Origin: a virus
DNA length: 64,000 nt
Virus record (IMG/VR): IMGVR_UViG_3300045988_101307
Span: 24,894-88,893 of that record
Strand: one strand, 5' to 3'
The position numbers were made by a program, and so were the translations under genes. A model generated the notes under the pieces. It was not told the DNA's origin. It ran no database searches and was given only the letters and a program-made list of their open reading frames with translations. Shown here one piece after another: positions 29,465-38,711 of this stretch; position 1 is the first letter of the stretch, and every line of letters begins with the position of its first letter.

Positions 29465-29607
29465 ATATCCTCCAGCTTCTCCTGAAGCTCAAACGCTTTC
29501 TTGAAATTCCCGCATCTTACAGCAACGTCTCTCATGTATTCTACGTTTATAACTTCCGGATCTTGCCGGTATTTCGTTCTTAACTTTTGAACATCCTCGT
29601 ATTTCAT
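29437..29607 (-). CDS. Small ORF (56 aa) translationally coupled (ATGA) to the upstream nuclease gene. Missed by the 60-aa track cutoff.
   Basis: ATG 29607-29605 overlaps the TGA of 29604-30623. It fills the otherwise non-coding 29465-29603. Confidence 0.3.
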   Translation of the reverse strand: MKYEDVQKLRTKYRQDPEVINVEYMRDVAVRCGNFKKAFELQEKLEDIWFNYLKGV

Positions 29608-30623
29608 CGTTTTATCTTTTTAGACGGATCCCAATCTGAAGAGAAAGGGCATTCGTTTTTGTTATGTAATCCAAAGTCACAATAATAACACAGCGCCGAC
29701 GGGCAGGGTAGCTTGTTTTGCGAAACAGGCTGGCTTAGGGTGGCGCGCCGCTTGCTATACCTGGCTTCTTCTGCTCCCTGGATGTACGCTTGAAATGATT
29801 TTACACTATTATCTTCAAAATCATACATTTTAGACAAAGTGTCATTTAGCATCTCTATAGATTTTGTTTTACGTTCCTCATCTACCTTAACCTTTTGGTA
29901 CTGCCTGGTCCTGGTAAAGAAATAGATGTTCATATCTGGTAGAACCCCACCATATCTTCTATAGATGTAAAATGAATATATAGGATGCTGTAAATTTGTT
30001 TCCAACTTCTTAGAATCAAAAACCTTATTACCTGATTTCCAATCTATGACATAATGGTGAACTACGTTCTTGCTCTTTATAGCCAGATGAAGGTCTACCG
30101 ATCCTACTATGTACACATGAGTATGAATTACTCCATTTATATCAACAGGCTTAGGAAGACGGTACGGCAGCACAAAATCTTCTTCGACTCCAACTATAGC
30201 GCCGTGTCTGATAAGTTTCTCACAGGGATTAAGATCACTATCAGCTATCATAAACCTATTCCCGTCTTTTTTAAACAGATCCACAATCCAAGCAAGAAGC
30301 TCCCCAGATTGTTTCATGGCTATCATCATATTTTCCGGTGATAGCCAAGGTATGTCTTCTTGGTAAGCATAGTAACTTATTGCTTCTCCAAGGTCTTTAC
30401 CAGAAGGCTGTCTTCCGTTCTTAAAGAAGTATTCCAGTGTCTTATGGATAACCGTACCATAAGATGTAGCTTCTTGTTTTTCTGTAGACCTTTTGCCCTC
30501 TACGTAAGTTTTATACCATTTCATTGGACAGGTAAGAAACGTATCTATCTGGGAATAAGATATGGCAAGACGTTTCACACCATTAAACTCCTTATATAGC
30601 AAATGCGTTTCCGGGACCATCAT
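29604..30623 (-). CDS. Cas4-like / RecB-family PD-(D/E)XK exonuclease with an Fe-S cysteine cluster.
   Basis: N-terminal Cys TCPMKWY. Motifs VGVEEDF, GSVDLH, VIDWKSG (DxK), QHPIYSFY (QxxxY). C-terminal CPSALCYYCDFGLHNKNEC (C-x3-C-x2-C ... C). Confidence 0.65.
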   Translation of the reverse strand: MMVPETHLLYKEFNGVKRLAISYSQIDTFLTCPMKWYKTYVEGKRSTEKQEATSYGTVIHKTLEYFFKNGRQPSGKDLGEAISYYAYQEDIPWLSPENMMIAMKQSGELLAWIVDLFKKDGNRFMIADSDLNPCEKLIRHGAIVGVEEDFVLPYRLPKPVDINGVIHTHVYIVGSVDLHLAIKSKNVVHHYVIDWKSGNKVFDSKKLETNLQHPIYSFYIYRRYGGVLPDMNIYFFTRTRQYQKVKVDEERKTKSIEMLNDTLSKMYDFEDNSVKSFQAYIQGAEEARYSKRRATLSQPVSQNKLPCPSALCYYCDFGLHNKNECPFSSDWDPSKKIKR

Positions 30624-30979
30624 AAGTCATTGTCTTTAAATCCTTCTGGGTAATATACGACATACTTCTTACCGTCTTCTGGTGTCATGGCAAACTGCAT
30701 GTAGTTATTACGATTACGATGCTTGCCATCCAATCCTCGTTTCCAATACAGGATACCGTCTATATCCACATAAGATCGGCCGCGGTCGGCTCTAACCACG
30801 TCCGTGTGTAGCAGATACCCGTCGGAAGACACAATCCACACTTTATCCCCTTTGCTTAAATAAGATATTCTTTTTCTTACAACAACCCTTTTCTTATTAT
30901 CCAATACAAATTCCTCGTCAGTCATACTCTTCATCCTCCTCTTCTTCTGTTTCAAAATCAATTCCATAATACTGATCAT
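30620..30979 (-). CDS. Hypothetical protein (119 aa). An alternative start MTDEEF may be coupled to a short acidic upstream ORF.
   Basis: ORF. Confidence 0.45.
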   Translation of the reverse strand: MISIMELILKQKKRRMKSMTDEEFVLDNKKRVVVRKRISYLSKGDKVWIVSSDGYLLHTDVVRADRGRSYVDIDGILYWKRGLDGKHRNRNNYMQFAMTPEDGKKYVVYYPEGFKDNDL

Positions 30980-31142
30980 AATGCTTGGTCAGTTCTTCTG
31001 GTTCTAAATCTTGTCCAAAATCCATGTTAAAAATATCGTAATTAGTAAAGCACTTAAAATCACTGTCCCTGCCGGCAGGAAATCTATGAATGCTGCTTTT
31101 GCTTCTTCAATTAGGCCCAAGTGTAACCTTGGGCCATTGTAT

Positions 31143-32843
31143 TTATTTTTTGTCATCTCCTTTTAACTTCTTTAAAGTATCTGCAATCGGAAGCTGATCA
31201 ATGACTCCCAATGCCGGAGCGACGGTCTTGACAACATTGTTAAGGAAATTACCGGTACTGTTCTGACCGCCGTCAAATACCGTGATATTTCCGAGGTTAA
31301 TGTGCTCAAATGCCTTAACCTGTTCTCCGGCAATTTCTTTCCACTGATTAACCATCTTGTACTGGATGGCGATCTGAGGATTGGATTCTGCTGCTTCCAC
31401 CATAGCCTTAAATCCGTCGGCTTCTGCCATCAACGATTTTTTCTTACCTTCGGCTTCTGCCTCCAGCTTCATCTGAATAGCTTTTGCCTCCGCCTCAGCT
31501 TTTGCCAAATGTGCTGCTGCTTCTGCCTCAGCCCGGCGTTTGATCTTCTCTGCCTCAGCATCAGCTTGCAAGATAGCCTCTTCCTTCTGGGTTTCAGCCG
31601 GCACAATCTTTTCAGCCTTAAGCGCAGCCTGAACTTTCTTAGCCTTAGCTTCTTCCACTTCTTTGTCGGCAAGCTCTTTTGCTGTTTTTACAGCCGCTTC
31701 CGATTTAACTTTTTCTTCTCCGGCCTTCTTCTCTGATTGAGCTTTGATGATCTGTAGTTCTGATACTGATACAGCAACCTCCTTCTGGGCATTGTTGTAT
31801 CCTATAGACGCATTTTTCTCAGCCTCAGCCTTCTTAATCTGAGCTTCAGAGTCTTGTATTGCTATAGCTGCTTCCTTGTCAGCTTCAGCCTTATTCTTTC
31901 CGACTTCTTCCATTCTTTCAGCCTCGGCTTTATTTACTTCAAGTTCTGCCTTAGATCTTACGATCGCCGATTCCTTGTCGGTTAAAGTTTTTGCGATAAC
32001 CGCAGCCCTGTCTCTATCTGCTTGAGCTACACCGATCTGTTTCTCTTTATCGGTTAAAGCTAAAGCTATTTCTTTTTCTTTCTTCGTTTCAGCTACTATT
32101 GTCTCCTTTTCTTTTTCAGTACAAGCAATTTGAATCTCTTGTTCTTTTTTGGTATTAGCCACAGCCGTTTCTTTTTCCTTCTGCTGTACAGCAATTTTAA
32201 TAGCACCCAGCTTCTCCTGTTCTTCGATATTAGCCTGTGCCTCGTTCAGAGCCCTACTTTCAGCTTCCTTACCAAGGTTCATAATATAACCGGCTTCGTC
32301 TCTGATGTCACTGATGTTGATGTTCAGGAGGTAAAGACCTAACTTGTTAAGCTCGTTATCAATGTTCTTTCTCGCCTTATCCAAAAACTCATCCCTGTCA
32401 GAATTAAGTTTTTCGATTGTCATTTCAGCAATAATCAAACGCATCTGACCGTAAACGATGTCCGTAATAAGATTTTCAGTAGATTCGGTATTCATCCCCA
32501 AAAGTCTTTCTGCCGCATTTTGCATGATTTCGGGATTTGTACTGATAGCTACTGTAATGGTCGTAGGTACATCTACTCTAATATTCTGAGATGACAAAGC
32601 ACCGGTAAGCTTGCAATCTATTTGCATAGGCTCCATTGACAAAACATCATAGCTTTGAATAATAGGCAAGACAAATGCCGCTCCACCATGATATAATTTT
32701 GCCGACTTCTTTTCCCCACCTGTCTTACCGTAAACGACCAAGACCTGATTAGGCTTACATCTACGATACCTTGATAAGACTCCGATGATTGTCAAAATAA
32801 TCACTACAGCTAAGATAGCTGACACGTACATGATTGTTGTCAT
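31143..32843 (-). CDS. Flotillin-like SPFH/band-7 protein (YqiK family). Domain order: N-terminal transmembrane helix, SPFH domain, long Glu/Ala/Lys-rich coiled coil, C-terminal flotillin tail.
   Basis: N-terminal TM ILAVVIILTIIGVL. SPFH-like QVLVVYGK ... IDCKLTGALSSQNIRVDV ... Flotillin EA-repeat region of about 250 aa. Length 566 aa, comparable to E. coli YqiK. Confidence 0.8.
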   Translation of the reverse strand: MTTIMYVSAILAVVIILTIIGVLSRYRRCKPNQVLVVYGKTGGEKKSAKLYHGGAAFVLPIIQSYDVLSMEPMQIDCKLTGALSSQNIRVDVPTTITVAISTNPEIMQNAAERLLGMNTESTENLITDIVYGQMRLIIAEMTIEKLNSDRDEFLDKARKNIDNELNKLGLYLLNINISDIRDEAGYIMNLGKEAESRALNEAQANIEEQEKLGAIKIAVQQKEKETAVANTKKEQEIQIACTEKEKETIVAETKKEKEIALALTDKEKQIGVAQADRDRAAVIAKTLTDKESAIVRSKAELEVNKAEAERMEEVGKNKAEADKEAAIAIQDSEAQIKKAEAEKNASIGYNNAQKEVAVSVSELQIIKAQSEKKAGEEKVKSEAAVKTAKELADKEVEEAKAKKVQAALKAEKIVPAETQKEEAILQADAEAEKIKRRAEAEAAAHLAKAEAEAKAIQMKLEAEAEGKKKSLMAEADGFKAMVEAAESNPQIAIQYKMVNQWKEIAGEQVKAFEHINLGNITVFDGGQNSTGNFLNNVVKTVAPALGVIDQLPIADTLKKLKGDDKK

Positions 32844-32875
32844 AACTTTTAAAATTTAATTGTTGATAAAAAAAA

Positions 32876-33370
32876 TTAGATACTTAATTCTCCTTCTTCA
32901 TATTTTATATTCGCCTTGTCGCCGTTTTTGTAGGTTTTTCCAGACAAGCATCTTACTCTCATTTGCTCTTGTCTTCCATTTTTAGAAATATTTACCATAT
33001 AATGATTCTTCCCTGATCTAAATACTATCTCCACTTCTCTTCCGTTTAAATCTTCCGGACATTCGTACACCATTTCTTGCTTTAACTTAAGAAGTAACTT
33101 ATATACGTAAAACAAAACGATAAAGAAAAACGACCCTATCACAACCCCTACTAAATGGGAACCCGAAAAGTAAGTAGTCCAGCTATATCCAAGAATGAAA
33201 TGTGTTATGCCCTTGAATGATATGATGTCCGACAAAGACATGCTTAAATCAGAAGCACTGTCAATGTCAATATCCGTATCCAGATCAGATCCTAATATCG
33301 ACAACAAAAACTGTATAACAAAAGCAAATGACGCTATTAAAGCCATGCATAAAATTATATCACTTCCCAT
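32876..33370 (-). CDS. NfeD-like membrane protein (YqiJ family), the partner of flotillin. Three TM helices plus a C-terminal OB-fold beta-barrel.
   Basis: Three hydrophobic helices. C-terminal GREVEIVFRSGKNHYMVNI ... RVRCLSGKTYKNGDKANI fits the NfeD beta-barrel pattern. It lies directly upstream of the flotillin gene, as in yqiJK. Confidence 0.6.
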   Translation of the reverse strand: MGSDIILCMALIASFAFVIQFLLSILGSDLDTDIDIDSASDLSMSLSDIISFKGITHFILGYSWTTYFSGSHLVGVVIGSFFFIVLFYVYKLLLKLKQEMVYECPEDLNGREVEIVFRSGKNHYMVNISKNGRQEQMRVRCLSGKTYKNGDKANIKYEEGELSI

Positions 33371-33611
33371 ATCCTTCTGTTATTGTTTTGTAAACAAGAT
33401 CAGTCATATCTTTGATGGTCTCCATATCATAATCAATAATAACAATATTGAATTTTTGTTCCACCATCATTTCAAGTTCAATTTGATCAAGAGAATCTAA
33501 TCCAAGTTCTTTAAACGTCACATCTTCTTCATGAACTATATCCATTTCTGAATTAAGAAACTGAGTAATAATTATATCCTCTATAATCTTTCTGATTTCT
33601 ACTTTTTCCAT
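33360..33611 (-). CDS. Acyl carrier protein (phosphopantetheine-binding).
   Basis: Conserved LGLDSLDQIEL motif with the attachment Ser. Acidic 83-aa four-helix-type sequence. Confidence 0.75.
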   Translation of the reverse strand: MEKVEIRKIIEDIIITQFLNSEMDIVHEEDVTFKELGLDSLDQIELEMMVEQKFNIVIIDYDMETIKDMTDLVYKTITEGYGK

Positions 33612-34312
33612 TGCTTTCTAATTTTGTTAAATAAATACGTTTTTATGTTTTTCAATCTCTCTTTGTCTGTTTCAGAACTTCCGGTAAACAAATAATCCGG
33701 ATTGCCTTTAGCCGGCGGCGTAGGCAATTTAGATACGGCAAACAACCAATCCATTTCCTTATTCTTCTTAGACTCCAAATAAGGCTCGGTAGCGATCTTG
33801 AATTTTTCAGCTATTAAGTCGAAGAGCTTTGAGTTTTTAAGGTTCATATGGACTGAAAAAGCCTGAGAAGGCGGTTTCCATATAAAGTTACATAAGCTCA
33901 TTGTATAATCTCCTGACTCTGCTATATAAGATTCCGTTACCTGAAGTATGACCTCTTTCTTGAATGAGGTGTTACCCATAAACCAACACAACCTGGATTC
34001 CGCTTCTTTTCTGCTGACACCTATGTCTTTTGAATACGATTCGTACATTCCTATCATAATCTTCAACGTTTCCAGAACCTCGTCTGTCATTTCCGGTGTC
34101 TCTATATAATTTACAAAAGACGTTCCTTTGTTGGTTAATCTCATCACGCCTGATTTTAATTTCTCAACCAGGCCAAGCTCTATATACCTCCCAGCATCTT
34201 CTTCTGGCATGGCTTCGATCATAACCGTATCCTTCTGTCTTATGGCAAGAAGATTAGCAAGATCATTAGGGGTCATGTCTGATGCTGCAAGTTGTCTGAA
34301 ATTGATGTACAT
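33599..34312 (-). CDS. Hypothetical protein (237 aa) immediately upstream of the ACP gene.
   Basis: ORF overlapping the ACP start. No PPTase motif was recognised. Confidence 0.5.
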   Translation of the reverse strand: MYINFRQLAASDMTPNDLANLLAIRQKDTVMIEAMPEEDAGRYIELGLVEKLKSGVMRLTNKGTSFVNYIETPEMTDEVLETLKIMIGMYESYSKDIGVSRKEAESRLCWFMGNTSFKKEVILQVTESYIAESGDYTMSLCNFIWKPPSQAFSVHMNLKNSKLFDLIAEKFKIATEPYLESKKNKEMDWLFAVSKLPTPPAKGNPDYLFTGSSETDKERLKNIKTYLFNKIRKQWKK

Positions 34313-34314
34313 TT

Positions 34315-34512
34315 TTAATCAGCTTTAATAAAAATAACATTCTTGTTATCTTGTCTATCAACATGTCCACATAGACCAACAATTATGTCTGTACATGAAC
34401 AAGAATCGTAATCTTCGAATATACACCTATCGCATGTATCACCTTCCACACATTTTAATCTTACAAGTCCGGCATCAAATACTTCTCCTACTTTAAATTC
34501 CTTCTTTTCCAT
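34315..34512 (-). CDS. Small Cys-rich protein (65 aa; CDRC ... CSC ... C).
   Basis: ORF with 7 Cys. Confidence 0.4.
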   Translation of the reverse strand: MEKKEFKVGEVFDAGLVRLKCVEGDTCDRCIFEDYDSCSCTDIIVGLCGHVDRQDNKNVIFIKAD

Positions 34513-34527
34513 ATTCCCTCCTTGTTT

Positions 34528-35130
34528 TTAACTGTTGTACCCTTCTTTAATAATCGAATTTCTACCGGTAGATACCGACTGGCGAAGATCGTCATGTACA
34601 GAATCTACCGTAGAATACTTGTTTCTGGTTGTAAAAATCACTTCCAACATTTCCTTGTAATCACCTAAAGCTACTTCGTATCTCGGATCTACTTTGGCTT
34701 TTCTTTCAGCCTCGGCATTACTTTTAGCCAGCTCCCGGTCGAGGAGGTCTTCTTTGATTCGGTCAGCAATCATATCAAGTTCTTTTTTAATAACTTCTCC
34801 TGCTGCCCGAAGTTGACCTTCTACGTCACCAAGCTGGTCTTGGACGGTACCTATTTCTTTCTTTAGACGATCGTATTCGTTAATCATACCCATATCACCT
34901 GCATAGCCGGAAAAGTCCTTGATTATTCTGGTTCCTTCTTTAAGGAGCTCAATGACTCGTCTTTTACGTTCTCTGCTTATTAAAGACGGAAGACGATAAT
35001 TCATATCCGCCACCGCCTTATCATGTATGGAGTTGATTAAAAACATCTCTCTTTCATCCCCTGCAAATTCAGTAAGAACCAAAAGGAACTTACTTATCAG
35101 GTATTCGTTTTCTTCTACTGTTAGTCTCAT
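34528..35130 (-). CDS. Hypothetical coiled-coil protein (200 aa) upstream of DnaB. Possible helicase loader (speculative).
   Basis: ORF. Position is the only basis for the loader suggestion. Confidence 0.45.
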   Translation of the reverse strand: MRLTVEENEYLISKFLLVLTEFAGDEREMFLINSIHDKAVADMNYRLPSLISRERKRRVIELLKEGTRIIKDFSGYAGDMGMINEYDRLKKEIGTVQDQLGDVEGQLRAAGEVIKKELDMIADRIKEDLLDRELAKSNAEAERKAKVDPRYEVALGDYKEMLEVIFTTRNKYSTVDSVHDDLRQSVSTGRNSIIKEGYNS

Positions 35131-35145
35131 GGTTCTTATTTTTTT

Positions 35146-36279
35146 TTAATACAATGACTGTTCTTCTTTTGTCTCTTGTTCTTGTTCCTGATTGTCCGTA
35201 ACATCTTCCACAGTATAGAGCTTGGGCGGCGTCGGCGGCTGGTTGGGGTTCACGAACTTCGTCCCTCCCTCCCCGTACATCCATCCATGCCCCGGCAAGA
35301 TCTCTGGGTGGATTGTATTAGTAAGCTCTTCCATACTAACTTGCCTTACCTTCAGTATATGATGAAACACCAGTCCGGCTGTCCTGAATGATGTTTTGTT
35401 TTCAGTTTTAAACCTATCAAGAGTCTGATACCAATCTTTCCCAAATATCATATACTTATCCAGCCCGTACCTACGAGGATTGTGCAAACCTATCATTAAC
35501 GTACATAACTGACCCAGCGTATCAGACTGGTAAAAATCAGAAAGACGCGGAGGCTGCTCTTGTGGGCTTTTTATCCTTCCTTCTATTTCTCTGTTGAATT
35601 GGGATATGATGAGGAAAAATATGTTTTTATATACTAATTTAGCTTCGTTCATAACCGCCACCAAATCATCTATAGCCGACTTAGGATCTAACCCCATTCT
35701 TTTTATCAAAGCAATATGATCGACTTTAAATATTATAAGACGTTTGTCTTTATGTTTGGTAGCTATATGATACACAGCCGCCTCAAACTCTTTTACCGTA
35801 CACGGAGCATCGATGTATATTATATTATTCCTGATTTCACCTTGAAGAATTTCAAACATCCTCATCTCTTCCACTGTATTAGAATCTTGCCTTCTTAATA
35901 TTTCAGGAGCCCGCTTTTTCATATCCTGGCTCATTCTACGAAGAAGAAGATCTTGAGGATTCATTTCGAACTCGCAATTAACAAGAAAATAATCTTCTGC
36001 TTGCGGGTTGATCATCGGATTCATCACATTTTCCAATATCTTTTGGGCCACATACGATTTACCTATAGATGGCCGGGCTCCTATGGCAATAGCATGCTGA
36101 GGGAAAATACCTCCAAGCAAAGCCTCATCAATATAATCGTATCCGGTTTTAGCGGGGATAAGCTCTCCCCGCCTGTATTTCAAGATATTCTCATACGCCT
36201 CTTCCATGACCTGTTTAGAGGTCTTGAATATCCTTCTTATATCTATCCTATTTGCTATCTCCTCGTGCATTTTTGTCAC
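35146..36279 (-). CDS. DnaB-family replicative DNA helicase (RecA-like C-terminal domain).
   Basis: H1 GYDYIDEALLGG ... GARPSIGKS. H2 LIIFKVDHIALI. H3 ISQFNRE. H4 RLSDFYQSDTLGQ. Confidence 0.85.
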   Translation of the reverse strand: MTKMHEEIANRIDIRRIFKTSKQVMEEAYENILKYRRGELIPAKTGYDYIDEALLGGIFPQHAIAIGARPSIGKSYVAQKILENVMNPMINPQAEDYFLVNCEFEMNPQDLLLRRMSQDMKKRAPEILRRQDSNTVEEMRMFEILQGEIRNNIIYIDAPCTVKEFEAAVYHIATKHKDKRLIIFKVDHIALIKRMGLDPKSAIDDLVAVMNEAKLVYKNIFFLIISQFNREIEGRIKSPQEQPPRLSDFYQSDTLGQLCTLMIGLHNPRRYGLDKYMIFGKDWYQTLDRFKTENKTSFRTAGLVFHHILKVRQVSMEELTNTIHPEILPGHGWMYGEGGTKFVNPNQPPTPPKLYTVEDVTDNQEQEQETKEEQSLY

Positions 36280-36559
36280 CTTTTGTATCCGATTTGGATC
36301 CCCTATTAGCTTTTACTGATTTATACCTAAGACCGTTCTTGGTATGAGAACAATCCTTGCCTTTTCTCCAGCCCTTACCCTTCTTCTTGTCCGTTTCGTA
36401 GTTTTTACGACCAAGCTCCCGGCGTTTGGCTTTCTGTTCCGGTCTGGCATTTATCTCCTTGTCTTTTTTAGCCTTTTTCTTCCTGGCTTCGGGATGAGTC
36501 CTGTAGTACTCTGTTGATCTGCCCATCTTCTTACATTTTTTTGATTGATAATAGCACAA
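36248..36559 (-). CDS. Very basic Lys/Arg-rich small protein (103 aa, histone-like composition).
   Basis: ORF overlaps the DnaB start by 32 nt. More than 35 percent K plus R. Confidence 0.35.
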   Translation of the reverse strand: MCYYQSKKCKKMGRSTEYYRTHPEARKKKAKKDKEINARPEQKAKRRELGRKNYETDKKKGKGWRKGKDCSHTKNGLRYKSVKANRGSKSDTKGDKNARGDSK

Positions 36560-36577
36560 AGATAGGCAATTCTCGCC

Positions 36578-37144
36578 CTATTTCAACCTGCCGTAACTCA
36601 TATCAGGATCACACCAGACATACCCGTCTTTCTCATCATGAAGATACTCAGGACATCCTCTACATGCGCTACTTCCTGACACTATTTGATTGTTTTTATT
36701 AGGGCACTTATCTCCAGGTTTATGCCATTCTATTCTCGAACCTGATCGCTCTTTGTTTACATGACAGAATTGAAATACTTTTCCCATCGTCTTCTCGCCA
36801 AACATACCTATATGTGTGTACTCTTCCGGTATAGATAGAAATTCAGATAAATCTTTATACATCCTTTCCCGTTCCTCCGGCGTAGACCATAATCTGTCAA
36901 GTTCGGCATGGACTCTTATCTTAAGAGACCTCAGTGATGGCCCCGCAAGCCGGCCTTTAGCTTTTCCCTTATTCGGCCCTGATTCATGAACACCGACATA
37001 AGCGTTGCATGGTTTGCACATCATAACCATCCCTAAGCCTTTTCTGCTATATATTTTATCGGCATTTACCAGCTCAGTTTCTCTTCCGCAATAAGGACAA
37101 ATTTCGCCTCTTAAAACCCGTTGTTGGCGCTCATTAAGTTCCAT
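36578..37144 (-). CDS. Zn-finger protein (CPYCG ... CKPC ... CRGC).
   Basis: Multiple CxxC pairs in 188 aa. Confidence 0.5.
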   Translation of the reverse strand: MELNERQQRVLRGEICPYCGRETELVNADKIYSRKGLGMVMMCKPCNAYVGVHESGPNKGKAKGRLAGPSLRSLKIRVHAELDRLWSTPEERERMYKDLSEFLSIPEEYTHIGMFGEKTMGKVFQFCHVNKERSGSRIEWHKPGDKCPNKNNQIVSGSSACRGCPEYLHDEKDGYVWCDPDMSYGRLK

Positions 37145-37386
37145 ACCCTATTCTTTTGTTTTTCTTTAAACTTTTCATACAAACTGCTTTCAGTTTCCAT
37201 TTCTGAGATCTCTACCTCTACGTCCTCTCTTTTGAAAATTACTTTCTTGGCTGTCGGATACGCACATTTAGAGATACGAATAGCATTACGAATAGCGTAA
37301 ACAAAATACGTTTCTGGTGACGATTCGATCACCACTACCTCATTTAAAGTATTTTTATAATTTTCCATATTATCTACTTGCTTCAA
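37111..37386 (-). CDS. Hypothetical protein (91 aa).
   Basis: ORF. Confidence 0.4.
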   Translation of the reverse strand: MKQVDNMENYKNTLNEVVVIESSPETYFVYAIRNAIRISKCAYPTAKKVIFKREDVEVEISEMETESSLYEKFKEKQKNRVWNLMSANNGF

Positions 37387-37720
37387 TTATATAACCCGGA
37401 TGATCTTCACACGCCTCTTTATATTCGATAAGAAACTTAAGAAATGAATCATAAGACCCCCATCCATTTTCTGGCTCGTATTTCAAAAGACTTTTTCTCT
37501 TGGAGATCATAATACATATACCTTTTGTAAGTACATTCTTCATCTCATTGGTATATATTTCTCTATACAATTCTTCTGGTCTCCAAACATAATCGTACAG
37601 CGTTTCTTTATTTTCTGATACGAATATCCTTTGTGCCATCTTGTTCATGTTGTGGGTAATGTTTGCAACCCATTCACGATCTTCTTTCTTCTTGTTCTTA
37701 ATATAAACATCCAGGCTCAT
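37370..37720 (-). CDS. Hypothetical protein (116 aa).
   Basis: ORF. Confidence 0.45.
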   Translation of the reverse strand: MSLDVYIKNKKKEDREWVANITHNMNKMAQRIFVSENKETLYDYVWRPEELYREIYTNEMKNVLTKGICIMISKRKSLLKYEPENGWGSYDSFLKFLIEYKEACEDHPGYIIEASR

Positions 37721-38711
37721 GATATTTTTCTTTTATCTTGTTACTAATTATCAAATCTGCCACATCATCTCCGTCTCCTACATTTTCAACATTTTGAAGA
37801 TAGTCTGATACTTTTATCCTTGACTTCATCATCATCCCATCTATCTTTTTACTCCATGTCTCAAATGCTTGTCCTTTGTCCGGAAAAGCTACAGTCTTTC
37901 TATCTTTTAAAACATCTATCACTTCCGGCCTTAGATTCTGCAACCCTCCGGTGGCCACAAATAATTCATCTGGTTTATTCACAGCGCATATAATAGCCGT
38001 CTTTTCTGATTCCACCAGATTAACCACCTTATCCGGATACTGGCTTAGAAGATGCTCCCCGAACAGGCATTGTCTAAACAAGAAGTCCCTTGCATGCAAC
38101 GAGTGATAAAACATAACATGAGGCCGCTCATTGTCACCGTCTTTTTCTTTCACTCTTTTTACATCAATCTCATTCCCCTGGCTGTCGGTCTTTATATAAA
38201 AGTCCATGATCTTGCCAGTTCTACATACAAAGTCCTTATCTATCTGCCAGAATATACAACACCCTTTCCATCCCCATAAGTCCATTGTTCCGACATGATA
38301 TCTTCTAAATACGTCAGATACCCTTTCTTTTCCCCATAGAGACGATAAAAATCTAAATACAGTATTTCTATCATCTGGAACCACAGTCCTCTCAAACTCG
38401 CTAAAAGGTATGTAATTTACAACGTCAGGATTTACAGGAGGACGATAAGCTCTTATACACTTGTTTCCTGAAATCCAAAGATCTTTGTCACCTACATCCT
38501 TACCGGTAGGTCGTTTATCGTAACCGCAAGTCCGTTCATGATCGCATCTTCCGAACTCGTTGCCAACAACCTGACCTGTTGCCACATCAATATAAGGAGT
38601 GAGGCACCGGCTTTTCCCGCAAGCTGGGCAGGTTAGCTTCAGTCGGCTCCTGCCCGGCCTGCGGTCAAGTTGAAACCGAGGTACGTTTTCGTATTTTCTA
38701 AAATCAAGCAT
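37698..38711 (-). CDS. Putative DNA primase (N-terminal Zn ribbon plus TOPRIM-like acidic motifs).
   Basis: CPACGKSRC ... CDHERTC zinc ribbon. VESEKTAII and AFPDKG resemble the TOPRIM E ... DxD motifs. It sits next to DnaB. Confidence 0.4.
   Translation of the reverse strand: MLDFRKYENVPRFQLDRRPGRSRLKLTCPACGKSRCLTPYIDVATGQVVGNEFGRCDHERTCGYDKRPTGKDVGDKDLWISGNKCIRAYRPPVNPDVVNYIPFSEFERTVVPDDRNTVFRFLSSLWGKERVSDVFRRYHVGTMDLWGWKGCCIFWQIDKDFVCRTGKIMDFYIKTDSQGNEIDVKRVKEKDGDNERPHVMFYHSLHARDFLFRQCLFGEHLLSQYPDKVVNLVESEKTAIICAVNKPDELFVATGGLQNLRPEVIDVLKDRKTVAFPDKGQAFETWSKKIDGMMMKSRIKVSDYLQNVENVGDGDDVADLIISNKIKEKYHEPGCLY

Noticed and set aside
31302-31736. Antisense and alternative-frame ORFs (31302-31736 plus strand, 31469-31672 minus strand) inside the flotillin gene.
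   Set aside because: They arise from the repetitive GC-skewed Glu/Ala/Lys-coding coiled-coil region and give low-complexity translations (Cys/Leu/Phe-rich or RLRLK repeats). The flotillin frame has coherent domain architecture.
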